A DNA stretch of 64,000 nucleotides from an uncultured Gemmatimonadales bacterium. GTDB lineage: Bacteria > Gemmatimonadota > Gemmatimonadetes > Longimicrobiales > RSA9. The stretch is taken from contig OY970192.1 in NCBI GenBank assembly GCA_963708135.1, positions 3,840,001 to 3,904,000 of the forward strand, written 5' to 3'. Positions 31,746-41,622 of the stretch are shown here, piece after piece. The translations under genes and the position numbers were made by a program. The first letter of the stretch is position 1. The number at the start of each line of letters is the position of its first letter. The notes beneath the pieces were generated by a model. The model was not told the DNA's origin and did not search any database. It saw nothing but the letters and a program-made list of their open reading frames with translations.

Positions 31746-32900
31746 CTAATCCCGCTCGCCGCCCCCCAGCCGCTCGCCCGTCCGCGCCTCGAAGCGATGG
31801 ACCTTCTGCTCCGGCAGGCGGATCCCGACCCGCGCGCCCACGTCAGGCGACGCCTCCGCCGCCACCACCACGCGGAACGCCTCGTCCCCGTCCGCCGCAT
31901 CCTCGAGCCGCACGTGGACCAGCGCCTCCGCCCCGAGCAGCTCGACCACCTCGACCGTGCCCGCCAGCTCCCCGTCCCCCTCCCCGACCAGCTCCGCGTC
32001 CCGCGGCCGGATGCCGAGGATGACCGCGCCGCCGGCCGTGCCGGCATTCCCGTGCCCCTGCACGTCCCCGTCCCCCTGCCCCTGCCCGCTACCTCTCTCT
32101 GCCGGCCTTCCGTGCACCCGCCCGTGCCCCTGCCCCTGCCCCTGCCCGGTGTCCGTGTCCGTGCCCGTGCACGTAAAGTTCATCGCCGGCGAGCCGATGA
32201 ACCCGCCCACGAACACGTTCGCCGGCCGGAGGTAGACCTCGCGCGGCGTGCCCACCTGCTGCAGGAGGCCGTCGCGGAGCACGGCGATGCGGTCGCCCAG
32301 CGTCATCGCCTCCTCCTGGTCGTGCGTCACGTAGACCATCGTGCTGCCGAGCCGGTGGTGCAGCCGCGCCAGCTCGGTGCGCGTCTTCACGCGCAGCTGC
32401 GGGTCGAGGTTGGAGAGCGGCTCGTCCAGCAGGAACGCCTGCGGCTCCCGCACGATGGCCCGCCCGAGCGCCACCCGCTGGCGCTGGCCGCCCGAGAGCT
32501 GGCCGGGACGGCGCCCGAGCAGCTCCGCGATTCCCAGCGCCTCCGCCACCTCGCCCACCCGCCTCTCGATCTCCGCCCGCGCCACGCCGTGCATGCGCAG
32601 CCCGAAGGCGAGGTTCTCGGCCACCGTCCGGTGCGGGTAGAGCGCGTAGCTCTGGAACACCATGGCCAGATCCCGCTCCTGCGGCGGCAGCGCCGTCACA
32701 TCGCGGCCGCCGATGAGGATGCGGCCGGCCGTCACGGCCTCGAGCCCCGCGATCATCCGCAGCACCGTGCTCTTTCCGCTCCCCGACGGCCCGACCAGCA
32801 CGAGCAGCTCGCCGTCGCGGATGGCCAGGTCCACCTCCCGCGCCGCCGCCTGCCCGTTCGGATAGACCTTCTCGACGCCATCGAGCACGATGTCAGCCAT
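31746..32900 (-). CDS. Carbohydrate ABC transporter ATP-binding protein (MalK/UgpC family)
   Basis: GPSGSGKS, VFQSYALYPH, LSGGQRQR, DEPLSNLD, FIGSPAMN. Confidence 0.95.
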   Translation of the reverse strand: MADIVLDGVEKVYPNGQAAAREVDLAIRDGELLVLVGPSGSGKSTVLRMIAGLEAVTAGRILIGGRDVTALPPQERDLAMVFQSYALYPHRTVAENLAFGLRMHGVARAEIERRVGEVAEALGIAELLGRRPGQLSGGQRQRVALGRAIVREPQAFLLDEPLSNLDPQLRVKTRTELARLHHRLGSTMVYVTHDQEEAMTLGDRIAVLRDGLLQQVGTPREVYLRPANVFVGGFIGSPAMNFTCTGTDTDTGQGQGQGHGRVHGRPAERGSGQGQGDGDVQGHGNAGTAGGAVILGIRPRDAELVGEGDGELAGTVEVVELLGAEALVHVRLEDAADGDEAFRVVVAAEASPDVGARVGIRLPEQKVHRFEARTGERLGGGERD

Positions 32901-32904
32901 CACC

Positions 32905-33140
32905 CGCCACCAGTAGTATCAGGCCTGATTTGGCAATTCGACATTTGAATACATTTGAATAGGTTTGGCTGTCGCTTTGGTTTTGGTTTTGGTTTTGGTT
33001 TTGGTTGTAGCTGATCGGCATCGATGTATGTGTCCGAGCTGTACTCGTGTCGAATAGACGCGCGGTACGCATGTACTCCCACCAAACTAAAAACCAAACC
33101 AAAACCACAACCCAAACCAGATTCGACCGACCCTCAGCTC
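32905..33140. repeat. AT-rich insert with inverted microsatellite arms
   Basis: (ACATTTGAAT)2, (TTTGGT)5 and a degenerate (ACCAAA)n arm at 33081-33119. Confidence 0.75.
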
Positions 33141-33146
33141 CCGTGC

Positions 33147-33968
33147 TCACCCTTTCACGCCGCCACTCGTCAGCCCCGCGACGATGCGGCGCTGGAACAC
33201 CAGCACGAGCAGCGCGACGGGCACCGTCGCCACGAGGGCGCCGGCCAGGATCTCGCCCCACGGCACCTGGTACTGCCCGCGGAAGAGCGCGATGGCGACG
33301 GGCACGGTGTAGCGCTCGGGGCCGAGCGTGAACGAGAGGGCGAAGAGGAACTCGTTCCACGCGTAGAGGAAGGTGAGGATCGCCGTCGTCGCCAGGCCGG
33401 GCAGCGCGAGCGGCAGCACGATCTCGCGCAGCACGCGCAGGCGGCTGGCGCCATCGACCATTCCGGCCTCCTCGAGCTCGCGCGGCAGCTCGCGGAAGAA
33501 GCCGACGAGCAGCCAGATCGTGAGCGGCATGGCGAAGGTCAGGTACGGCAGCACCAGCCCGGGATAGGTGTCGATCAGGCCGAGCGCGCGCAGCATCAGG
33601 TAGAGCGGCGAGACGATCGCGATCTGCGGGAACATCGAGGCGGCCAGGATCGCGGCCACCAGCACGCCCCGCCCGCGGAACCGCAGCCGGGCGAGGGCGT
33701 AGGCGCACAGCGCGCCGAGCGAGACGGCGAGCACCGTCGTCGCCCCGGCCACGATGAGCGAGTTGCGGATCGGGACCCAGAAGTCGCGCGCATCGAAGAG
33801 CGCACGGTAGTTGTCGAGAACGGGGTGCGGCGGCAGCAGGGCGCCGCCCGGGAGCAGCGCGGCCTCCGGCGCGAGCGAGCCGGCCAGCGCGCGCCAGAGC
33901 GGGACGAGCCCCGCCAGCACCAGCAGGGCGACGACCACGCGGCCCGCCCACTGCCCGGCGCGCCTCAC
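33147..33968 (-). CDS. Carbohydrate ABC transporter permease (MalG-like)
   Basis: AYALAR, ELEEAGMVDGAS, WNEFLFA; GTG start overlapping upstream stop. Confidence 0.9.
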   Translation of the reverse strand: MRRAGQWAGRVVVALLVLAGLVPLWRALAGSLAPEAALLPGGALLPPHPVLDNYRALFDARDFWVPIRNSLIVAGATTVLAVSLGALCAYALARLRFRGRGVLVAAILAASMFPQIAIVSPLYLMLRALGLIDTYPGLVLPYLTFAMPLTIWLLVGFFRELPRELEEAGMVDGASRLRVLREIVLPLALPGLATTAILTFLYAWNEFLFALSFTLGPERYTVPVAIALFRGQYQVPWGEILAGALVATVPVALLVLVFQRRIVAGLTSGGVKG

Positions 33969-34867
33969 GCGCGGCCTCCTTCCGTCCGGCCGGCGCCGAG
34001 CAGCCGGATGTAGACGAGCGCCAGCACGAAGGTCACGAGGAAGATCAGCACCGATAGCGCGGAGCCGTACCCGAAGCGCAGGTCCTGGAGCAGCGAGTCG
34101 AACGCGAGCAGCGACACGGGCTCCGTCGCCGTCCCGGGGCCGCCGCCCGTGAGCACGTAGACCAGGTCGAACACGCGGAACGCGTCCAGCGTGCGGAAAA
34201 CCAGCGCGGCGAGGATCGCCGGCCGGAGGAGTGGCAGGGTGATCTCCCTGAGCTGCCGCCAGGCGGGGGCGCCGTCCACGCGCGCGGCCTCGTAGAGCGT
34301 GGGGTCGATCGTCTGCAGCCCCGCGAGCAGCAGCAGGGCGACGAACGGCGTCATCTTCCACGTGTCCGCGAGCACGATCGGCACCCAGGCGGCCAGCGGG
34401 TGGATGAACCAGACCAGCGGCCGGTCGAGGATCCCCAGCCGGAGCAGCACCACGTTGGCCAGGCCCGTCCGCCCCTCGAACATGAAGCGCCACACCAGCC
34501 CCGCCACGACCGTCGGCACGGCCCACGGCAGCAGCACGGCGAGCCGCACCACGCCGCGGCCGCGCGTGACGCGGTGCATCCCGAGCGCGAGCACGAGCCC
34601 GAGCGTCATCTCGAGCGTCACGGAGACCGCAGTGAAGGCGAGCGTGTGGAGGAGCGCCGCCCGGAAGCGCGCATCGCCGAGCGCCTCGGCGTAGTTCGCG
34701 AGCCCGATGAAGGGCCGGCCGCGCCAGGGCATGCGCAGGTCGTGGAGGTGCAGCGACTCCCATACGGTGCCGGCGAGCGGCACGAAGGCGACGGCCGCGA
34801 GGACCACGAGCGCCGGCGCCATGAGCGTCCACGCGAGCCCGGCCTCCCGCGTGCGCCGCGCGCTCAC
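33965..34867 (-). CDS. Carbohydrate ABC transporter permease (MalF-like)
   Basis: FIGLANY, LLPWAVP, WKMTPF, YEAARVDGA, LTGGGPG. Confidence 0.9.
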   Translation of the reverse strand: MSARRTREAGLAWTLMAPALVVLAAVAFVPLAGTVWESLHLHDLRMPWRGRPFIGLANYAEALGDARFRAALLHTLAFTAVSVTLEMTLGLVLALGMHRVTRGRGVVRLAVLLPWAVPTVVAGLVWRFMFEGRTGLANVVLLRLGILDRPLVWFIHPLAAWVPIVLADTWKMTPFVALLLLAGLQTIDPTLYEAARVDGAPAWRQLREITLPLLRPAILAALVFRTLDAFRVFDLVYVLTGGGPGTATEPVSLLAFDSLLQDLRFGYGSALSVLIFLVTFVLALVYIRLLGAGRTEGGRA

Positions 34868-36693
34868 GGCGCCCGACCGCAGGGCCAGCGCCTGCCGGCT
34901 GCCGGCGCGCTCATGGGACCCCCGCCCCGGAGTGGGTGAGTGGGGGAGTGGGCGATGCGGCCGGCGGCCACGGCCCGTCCGGTCCCCATACGCGGCGACG
35001 ATGCCGGCGCGCGCGAACGAACGCCGGCCAGCGTGACGCGGCCCGGAGGGCTCCCGCATGCACTCGCGGCGCCCCGACGCTCGCGAGGCCCGGCCGCTGC
35101 CCGGGCGAGAGGAAGCCGGCCCGGGGTCCCCCACTCTCCCACTCCCCCACTCCCGGCCGCAGACCCGCCGCCCCCCGCGGGCGCCGCGCACTCATGGGAC
35201 CCCCGCCCCGGAGTGGGTGAGTGGGGGAGTGGGAGATGCGGCCAGCGGCCACGGCCCGTCCGGTCCCCATACGCGGCGACGATGCCGGCGCGCGCGAACG
35301 AACGCCGGCCAGCGTGACGCGGCCCGGAGGGCTCCCGCATGCACTCGCGGCGCCCCGACGCTCGCGAGGCCCGGCCGCTGCCCGGGCGAGAGGAAGCCGG
35401 CCCGGGGTCCCCCACTCCCCCACTCCCCCACTCTCCGCCGCACAACCCCGTCGTCCGCAGCAGCTCCCGCATGGCCGCGGCGGCATCGTGCAGCGCGGCG
35501 GCGGGCTCCGCCTGGCGCGTGAGCGCGCGGTGCAGGCGCACCTGGAGCAGCTCGGAGAGCTGCGTGTAGACGGGCGTCACGGGCCGGGGCACGGCGTGCT
35601 CGATGATCGCGCGCGCTGCGTGCGGCGGGAGCGGCAGCACGGCGGCCAGGGCGCTGTCCTCGAAGAGCGCGGGCCGGGTCGGCAGCTCTCCCACCGCCGC
35701 GGCGCGCTCCAGCATCTGCGCCGGCGCGGTCAGGTACGCGATCAGCGCGTAGGCCGCCGCGGGGTGCCGCGACCAGCGGTTCACGGCCAGCTGTGCCCCG
35801 CCGAGCGCGGCGGTCGCCCGCCCGCCCGGCGCCGCGGGCATCGGCGCCACGGCGAAGCGCCCGGCCACCTTCGACTTCGCGGTGTCGTCGAGCAGGGCGT
35901 ACGCATAGGGCCAGTTACGCATCAGCGCGGCGCGCCCCTCCTGGAACGCCAGACGGCTCTCCTCCTCGTGCCAGGTCAGCGCCTCGGGCGGCACCACGCC
36001 TTCGCGCCAGATCTCGTCGCGCATCTCCGTGAGCGCGCGGATCGCCTCCGGCGAGTCCACCACCACGCGCCCGGCGCGATCGAGGATCCGGCCGCCGTAC
36101 CCGCCCAGGTATTCGAGGAACACCGTCACCAGCCCCTCGTAGCGGGCGCCCTGCCACACGAAGCCGAGCGGCCCGCCCCGGCGCTGCGCTGCGGCCGCGT
36201 CGGCGTCGAGCTCCGCGAAGGTGCGCGGCGGCGTCGCCATGAGGTCGGTCCGCCAGTAGAGCATCCCCACGTCGACGAACCAGGGTAGCGCGTAGACCCG
36301 GCCCGCCCACCGGTCCGCCGCCACGGCCTGGGGGAAGAAGTCGGCCGTGGCCGGACGGAAGCGGTCCAGCGGCAGGATCCACCCCGCCGCCGCGAACTCC
36401 GGCGTCCACACCACGTCGAGCTGCAGCACGTCGGGCTCGCGGGCGTGCGCGTTCAGCCACTGCACGTAGAGCTGGTGCCGCGTGTCCGCGGCGTCCGGCG
36501 TGGGCCGCAGCCGCACCTCGAGCTCGGGGTGCAGCCGCTGGTAACGGGCGAGCTGCCGCTTCAGGAGCTCGGCCTCCGTGCCGACGGCGCTGCCGGAGAC
36601 GGTGAGCACCGGGCGCCCGGCGGGCGCGGCGCGCCGGCAGGCGGCGGCCGGCAGCGTCGCCAGGAGAACGAGCAGCGCCGCCGCCGCCCTCAC
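34864..36693 (-). CDS. Sugar ABC transporter substrate-binding lipoprotein (trehalose/maltose-like) with repeat-derived C-terminal extension
   Basis: Lipobox LPAAAC, DVVWTPEFA, WQGARYEGL, RNWPY, LGGAQL, RPVTPVY; homology ends near 35445 but frame stays open to 34864. Confidence 0.85.
   Translation of the reverse strand: MRAAAALLVLLATLPAAACRRAAPAGRPVLTVSGSAVGTEAELLKRQLARYQRLHPELEVRLRPTPDAADTRHQLYVQWLNAHAREPDVLQLDVVWTPEFAAAGWILPLDRFRPATADFFPQAVAADRWAGRVYALPWFVDVGMLYWRTDLMATPPRTFAELDADAAAAQRRGGPLGFVWQGARYEGLVTVFLEYLGGYGGRILDRAGRVVVDSPEAIRALTEMRDEIWREGVVPPEALTWHEEESRLAFQEGRAALMRNWPYAYALLDDTAKSKVAGRFAVAPMPAAPGGRATAALGGAQLAVNRWSRHPAAAYALIAYLTAPAQMLERAAAVGELPTRPALFEDSALAAVLPLPPHAARAIIEHAVPRPVTPVYTQLSELLQVRLHRALTRQAEPAAALHDAAAAMRELLRTTGLCGGEWGSGGVGDPGPASSRPGSGRASRASGRRECMREPSGPRHAGRRSFARAGIVAAYGDRTGRGRWPHLPLPHSPTPGRGSHECAAPAGGGGSAAGSGGVGEWGTPGRLPLARAAAGPRERRGAASACGSPPGRVTLAGVRSRAPASSPRMGTGRAVAAGRIAHSPTHPLRGGGPMSAPAAGRRWPCGRAP
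34910..35431. mobile_element. Two tandem copies (281-nt period) of a MITE-like element
   Basis: Near-identical units starting at 34910 and 35191, each bounded by gagtgggtgagtgggggagtggg ... cccactc(t/c)cccactcccccactc. Confidence 0.75.
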
Positions 36694-37226
36694 TCCGGCG
36701 GTCCGCCGAGCAGCGGCACCGGGTCCGCGGCGTGGCCCCAGCGCAGGATCTCGAAGTGCAGGTGCGGGCCGGTGGCATCCCCCGAATGCCCGGAGAGCGC
36801 GATGACCTCGTGGCCGCGCACCTCGTCGCCGGTGCGCACCTTCAGCGCGGAGAGGTGGCCGTAGACCGTGGCCAGGTGGGGATTGTGCCGCAGGATGACG
36901 ACGACGCCGTAGCCGCGCATGGTGCCCGCGTACTCGACCCGGCCGCCCTCCATGGCGTGGACCGGCGTGCCGTCCGGCACCGCGATGTCGATCCCCCGGT
37001 GGATCTCCGGGCTCCAGCCGCGGAAGCGCAGGCCCCAGGGCGAGGTGACCGGCCCCTCGACCGGCCAGCGCGGAATGGCGCACGCCGCGAGCAGCGCGAG
37101 CGACACCACCGGCAGCAGCCGGCGCGCGGCCGGCCCGGCCCGGCGCCCGCGCCGGCGCAGCCACCCGCCCGCGGCGAGCGCCGCCCGCACGGCCGGCCCG
37201 CTGCATCCCCGGGCGCCAGCCGCCAC
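36690..37226 (-). CDS. M23-family metallopeptidase (lipoprotein)
   Basis: HRGID, YGHL, GPHLHFE; LAAC lipobox; start uncertain (37190 or 37226). Confidence 0.85.
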   Translation of the reverse strand: MAAGARGCSGPAVRAALAAGGWLRRRGRRAGPAARRLLPVVSLALLAACAIPRWPVEGPVTSPWGLRFRGWSPEIHRGIDIAVPDGTPVHAMEGGRVEYAGTMRGYGVVVILRHNPHLATVYGHLSALKVRTGDEVRGHEVIALSGHSGDATGPHLHFEILRWGHAADPVPLLGGPPE

Positions 37227-37234
37227 GCGCCGCC

Positions 37235-39262
37235 TCAGCCGCCGGCCGGCCCCGGCCGCGGCCACGCGTTGTTCGTGCGATCGACGTCCGGCAGGATGCC
37301 GTCCGGATCGATCGTCACCTTCATTACGGGGGCCGTCGTGTGCACGGTCTCGCGCAGCACGCGGATGTCGGGGAGCCACTTCGTGGCCGGGATCTTCACG
37401 CGCTGCATGCTGCCGTCCTGGAGGGTCAGGCCGAGCAGCACGGGCATCGGCAGGTCGCCCAGGTCCTCGACGGTCACCGTCACCGTCTCGCCGCCGCCCG
37501 CCGCGGCAGTCTGGTCGAGCCCGGTCACGGCCTGGTCGAGCGTACCCGTCGTGTACCACCAGGGGTAGAAGAACCAGGAGAGGTCGCGGTGCGCCAGGGC
37601 GCTCACGGTGTTGAAGAAGTCGAGCGGCTGCGGGTGCTTGAAGCGCCAGCGCCGGGTGTAGGCCCACAGCGCCGCCTGCAGGGTATCGGGCGTGATGATG
37701 GTGCCCAGCGCGCGCAGCGCGAGCCCGGGCTTGAAGTAGGCGCCCACGCCGTAGGCGACGTAGGGGCCGAACAGGTCGGCCTCGCGCATCATCGGCTTCT
37801 CGGTCTCCGTCCCGGCGATGCGGAGGTAGCCCTCCATCTCGTCCGCGAACGCGCTGTCCGCCGGGTAGAAGTGCTGCATGGCGACGTTCTCGATGTAGGT
37901 GTTGAGCCCCTCGTCCTGCCATGCGTAGTCGTGCTCGTCGGAGCCGGCCATCATCGGGTACCACTGGTGATCGACCTCGTGGATGATCACGTCGTCGAGC
38001 ATCTGCGCGTCGTCGTACGCCGAAACGAACACGATCATCGGGTACTCCATCCCGCCCTCCGGCCCCTCCGCGGACGTGATCTGCGGGTAGGCGTAGGAGC
38101 CGTAGCGCGGCGCCTGGTAGGCGATCGTGTGCTGCGTGTACAGCGCCGCCTTCTTCCACGTCGTCGCCTCGGGGCGGTAGAACGCGTTGACCGCCACCTG
38201 CGTCGTTCCGCCAAGCGTGTCCGGCTCCGCCACGTGCGTGGCGTCCCAGAGGTAGCGGTTGGACGCCGCGAACGCGAAGTCGCGGACGTCCGCCGCATGG
38301 AAGCGCCACGTCAGCTCGCCGCCCGGCGCCTGCGTCGTGGCGCTGCCCGCCCCCATGTCGTCGCGCCCCACCACGTGCACCACCGTGTCGACGCGCGCCG
38401 CCAGCGCGACCCGCTGGCGCACCGCCGGCGTGAGCACCTCGTCCGCGTTCTGCAGCTCACCCGTGCCCGCCACCAGGAAGCCCTCCGGCAGCGTCACGCT
38501 CACATCGAAGTCGCCGTACTCGAGGTAGAACTCGCCCGTGCCCAGGTACTGGCTCGTGTCCCAGCCGTGGACGTCGTCGTAGACGGCCACCTGCGGGTAC
38601 CACTGCGCCAGCAGGAACAGCGTGCTGCCCACGTGGCCCATGCGCGGCGCGCCCGCGGGCGGCACGGTGAAGTGCCAGGCGATGTCCAGCCGCGCCGTGC
38701 CGCCCGGCGCGAGCGGCCGCGGCAGCCGCAGCCCCATGAGCGTCCCCTGCACCTGGTAGGATGGCGACCCGGGGCCCGCGGCGTGCCCCGACCGCGCCGT
38801 CCTGCCGTCCACCGACACCTTCTCGAGCACCATCCCGTCCGTGATCGGGGCGTGGTCCGTCCGCGCCTCCCCCGCCTTGAACAGGTTCTGGTAGAGGTGC
38901 AGCACGAGACCGCTCAGCGTGTCGGGCGAGTTGTTCACATAGCTCACCGTCTCCTGCCCGTTCAGCCGCGCCCCCTTCGGGTCGAGCTCCGCCTCGATCT
39001 CGTAGCTCACCCGCTGCTGCCAGTACCGCGCCCCCGGTGTGCCGGCCATCGTGCGGGTGCCCGCGGCCACGGCGTCGCGGAAGCCCGGCGGCACGGGAAT
39101 CGGCCGCACGTCGTAGCGCGGGGCGCCGCGCTCCGCGGCCGGCCTCGCCGCCGGGCCGGTGGGCGCCTGGCGCGGCGCCGGCGCGGGCGGCGGCGCGTGG
39201 GCGCACGAGGCCAGCGCCGCGAGCGCGAGAAACGGAACCAGACCCGACCGTGGCGAGCCCAT
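37235..39262 (-). CDS. M1-family aminopeptidase (lipoprotein)
   Basis: LASC lipobox, YWQQ, GGMEYP, HEVDHQW..18..E (DEGLNTY). Confidence 0.9.
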   Translation of the reverse strand: MGSPRSGLVPFLALAALASCAHAPPPAPAPRQAPTGPAARPAAERGAPRYDVRPIPVPPGFRDAVAAGTRTMAGTPGARYWQQRVSYEIEAELDPKGARLNGQETVSYVNNSPDTLSGLVLHLYQNLFKAGEARTDHAPITDGMVLEKVSVDGRTARSGHAAGPGSPSYQVQGTLMGLRLPRPLAPGGTARLDIAWHFTVPPAGAPRMGHVGSTLFLLAQWYPQVAVYDDVHGWDTSQYLGTGEFYLEYGDFDVSVTLPEGFLVAGTGELQNADEVLTPAVRQRVALAARVDTVVHVVGRDDMGAGSATTQAPGGELTWRFHAADVRDFAFAASNRYLWDATHVAEPDTLGGTTQVAVNAFYRPEATTWKKAALYTQHTIAYQAPRYGSYAYPQITSAEGPEGGMEYPMIVFVSAYDDAQMLDDVIIHEVDHQWYPMMAGSDEHDYAWQDEGLNTYIENVAMQHFYPADSAFADEMEGYLRIAGTETEKPMMREADLFGPYVAYGVGAYFKPGLALRALGTIITPDTLQAALWAYTRRWRFKHPQPLDFFNTVSALAHRDLSWFFYPWWYTTGTLDQAVTGLDQTAAAGGGETVTVTVEDLGDLPMPVLLGLTLQDGSMQRVKIPATKWLPDIRVLRETVHTTAPVMKVTIDPDGILPDVDRTNNAWPRPGPAGG

Positions 39263-39647
39263 GCTTCCTCCCCTCCAGCGTTTGATCGGCGGCCCGCGGC
39301 ACCGGCGCGGCCCGCCTCGCCGGACCGGCCAGGCCGGTCCGTGGCCTCAACTTGAGGCGCCCCCGACCCCCGTGCAACGTCCCGGCACCCCCTGCGGGGA
39401 GGCGCACGCCCCTTTCCATGTCGCCTCCGGGGAGGGGCGACCGCGGTACGGGACGTGCTGCGAGGAGCCGCGCCGCCGGGGCTGCCTGTACGGCCGCCAG
39501 GGCGAGCCGCGGGATGGGTGATGCTCGCCGCCCGCCCGCTTTACAGGATCCGGGGAATCCCTTATCCTTTCGAGCTTTGCCCCCACAATGACAGCGGATC
39601 CGCACGCCCGGCGATCGGGCGCGGGGATGCCGCCGAGGGGAAGGCGA

Positions 39648-40574
39648 ATGGGCGGAATCGCGGAAGCCGAGACCCTCGCTGCGGCGCCGGGCCGGAGCGC
39701 GCCGGCGCACGGGTGGGCGCGCGTGTCCGCATTCGTCGAGCTGACCAAGCCGGGGATCACGCGGCTCGTCACGCTGACAACCGCCGCCGGCTTCTACCTG
39801 GCCACGAGCGGTCCCGTGGACTTCGTGCGCATGCTGCACACGATGCTCGGCGTGGCGATCGTGGCGAGCGGCGCGAGCGCGCTGAACCAGTACCTGGAGC
39901 GGGACGCGGACGCGCGCATGGTGCGGACCCGGCGCCGCCCGCTGCCGTCCGGGCGGCTCACGCCGGGCGAGGCGCTGGCGTTCGCGTCGGGGATCTCGGT
40001 ATTCGGGATCCTCTACCTGCTCGTCCTGGTGAACCCGGCCACGGCGCTGGTCGTGGCGCTCACGCTGGTGACCTACGCGTTCGTCTACACGCCGCTCAAG
40101 CGAGTGACCTCGCTCTCCACGCTGGTCGGCGCGGTGCCCGGCGCGCTGCCGATCCTGGCCGGGTGGACGGGCGCGGGGGGCGCGCTCGGCACGCGCGCCT
40201 GGTCGCTCTTCGGCATCCTCTTCCTCTGGCAGATCCCGCACTTCCTCGCGCTGGCCTGGCTGTTCCGGGACGACTACAGGAAAGGCGGCTTCGTGATGCT
40301 CAGCCTGCGCGATCTCGATGGGCGGCACCTGTCGTTCCAGGCGTTCAACTACACCCTGGGGCTGGTCCTGGTCAGCGTCACGCCCACGCTGATCGGGCTG
40401 ACCGGAACCCTCTACATGGTGGGCGCCTTGCTCCTCGGGGGGGTGTTCCTGGCCCTGTGCCTGACCGTGCTCTACGAGCGCTCGGACCTGACGGCGCGCC
40501 GCCTGTTTCTGGCAAGCGTCTTGTATCTGCCCCTTCTCCTCGTGCTGATGGTGGTGGACAAGATCCCGCACTAG
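39648..40574 (+). CDS. ctaB: Heme O synthase (protoheme IX farnesyltransferase)
   Basis: LTKPGI, DARMVRTRRRPLPSG, YTPLKR, WQIPHFLA, DDYRKGG. Confidence 0.95.
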   Translation: MGGIAEAETLAAAPGRSAPAHGWARVSAFVELTKPGITRLVTLTTAAGFYLATSGPVDFVRMLHTMLGVAIVASGASALNQYLERDADARMVRTRRRPLPSGRLTPGEALAFASGISVFGILYLLVLVNPATALVVALTLVTYAFVYTPLKRVTSLSTLVGAVPGALPILAGWTGAGGALGTRAWSLFGILFLWQIPHFLALAWLFRDDYRKGGFVMLSLRDLDGRHLSFQAFNYTLGLVLVSVTPTLIGLTGTLYMVGALLLGGVFLALCLTVLYERSDLTARRLFLASVLYLPLLLVLMVVDKIPH

Positions 40575-40641
40575 CATCCCGCGGTCGACGCACCGGGGTC
40601 GAATCGCCGCTGGCAGGGGTCCCCTGGAACCGGAGGCAGAA

Positions 40642-41601
40642 GTGACCCGGCACAGCAAGACTCTCGTTCATGGCGCCATCGGCGGCGTCATTGCCGCGAC
40701 CGTCCTCGCGCTCTGGTTCTTCATCTTCGATGCGATACGGGGCGACCTCTTCTTCGTCCCCGGCTTCGTGGCCAGCGTGCTCTTCAATCTCGGCCACGTC
40801 TCCGAGAGCGCCGGCGTCATCATCGGCTACACCGCCCTCCACTACGCCGTCTTCATCGTGGTGAGCATCGCGCTGGCCTACCTGCTGCGCGGCGTCGGCA
40901 AGACGCCGGGCCTGTTCCTCGGCCTCGTCATCGGCTTCCTCTTCTTCGACCTCATCTTCTACGCGGGGCTCATCATCAGCGGCGCGAACATCATCAAGGG
41001 GATCGGCTGGCCCGAGGTCCTCATTGGCGATTGCCTCTCCGGGATCGCGCTCATGCTCTACCTCGGCGCCGTCCACGAGGCGCCGACCATCGCCTGGGGT
41101 GCGGAGCTGGCCGCCTCGCGCACGCTCCGCGAGGGCGTCATCTCGGGGCTCATCGGCGCCGTTGCCGTCGCCGTGTGGATGGCCATCGTCAACCTGGCCT
41201 ACGGCCGCGTCCTGTTCACCCCCGCCGCCCTCGGCTCCGCCCTCTTCTACGGCGCCCGCCACATCACCGAGGTCCATGCCGACGTCACCACCGTGATCGG
41301 CTACACCGTGATCCACGTGGTGCTCTTCGTCGCCGCGGGCTGGGTGGCCGCCGCCATGCTCACCAAGAGCGAGGAGACGCCGCCCCTCATCCTGGGGCTC
41401 GTCCTGCTCGTGGTCTCGATGGAGGCGCTCTTCATCGGCGTCACCGCCATCTTCGCGCAGTGGATCCTGGGCTACGTCGGCTGGTGGGCGATCCTGGGCG
41501 GGAACATCATCGGCGGCGTGGCCATGGGCCTCTACCTCTGGAAGGCCCACCCGCGGCTCGCGATGCGCCTGCGCGAGCGGCCGCTGGAGGACCCGACCTG
41601 A
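40642..41601 (+). CDS. Internally duplicated multi-pass membrane protein
   Basis: Two similar halves (G.IGG.I.A...W...P.....YT.(L/I)H..F); GGAGG RBS, GTG start. Confidence 0.8.
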   Translation: MTRHSKTLVHGAIGGVIAATVLALWFFIFDAIRGDLFFVPGFVASVLFNLGHVSESAGVIIGYTALHYAVFIVVSIALAYLLRGVGKTPGLFLGLVIGFLFFDLIFYAGLIISGANIIKGIGWPEVLIGDCLSGIALMLYLGAVHEAPTIAWGAELAASRTLREGVISGLIGAVAVAVWMAIVNLAYGRVLFTPAALGSALFYGARHITEVHADVTTVIGYTVIHVVLFVAAGWVAAAMLTKSEETPPLILGLVLLVVSMEALFIGVTAIFAQWILGYVGWWAILGGNIIGGVAMGLYLWKAHPRLAMRLRERPLEDPT

Positions 41602-41622
41602 GGGCACGCCCGCGTACGGCCA

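Noticed and set aside
32900..33115. 71-aa ORF with PKPKPK
   Set aside because: Arises from the TTTGGT repeat; atypical composition and no clear RBS.
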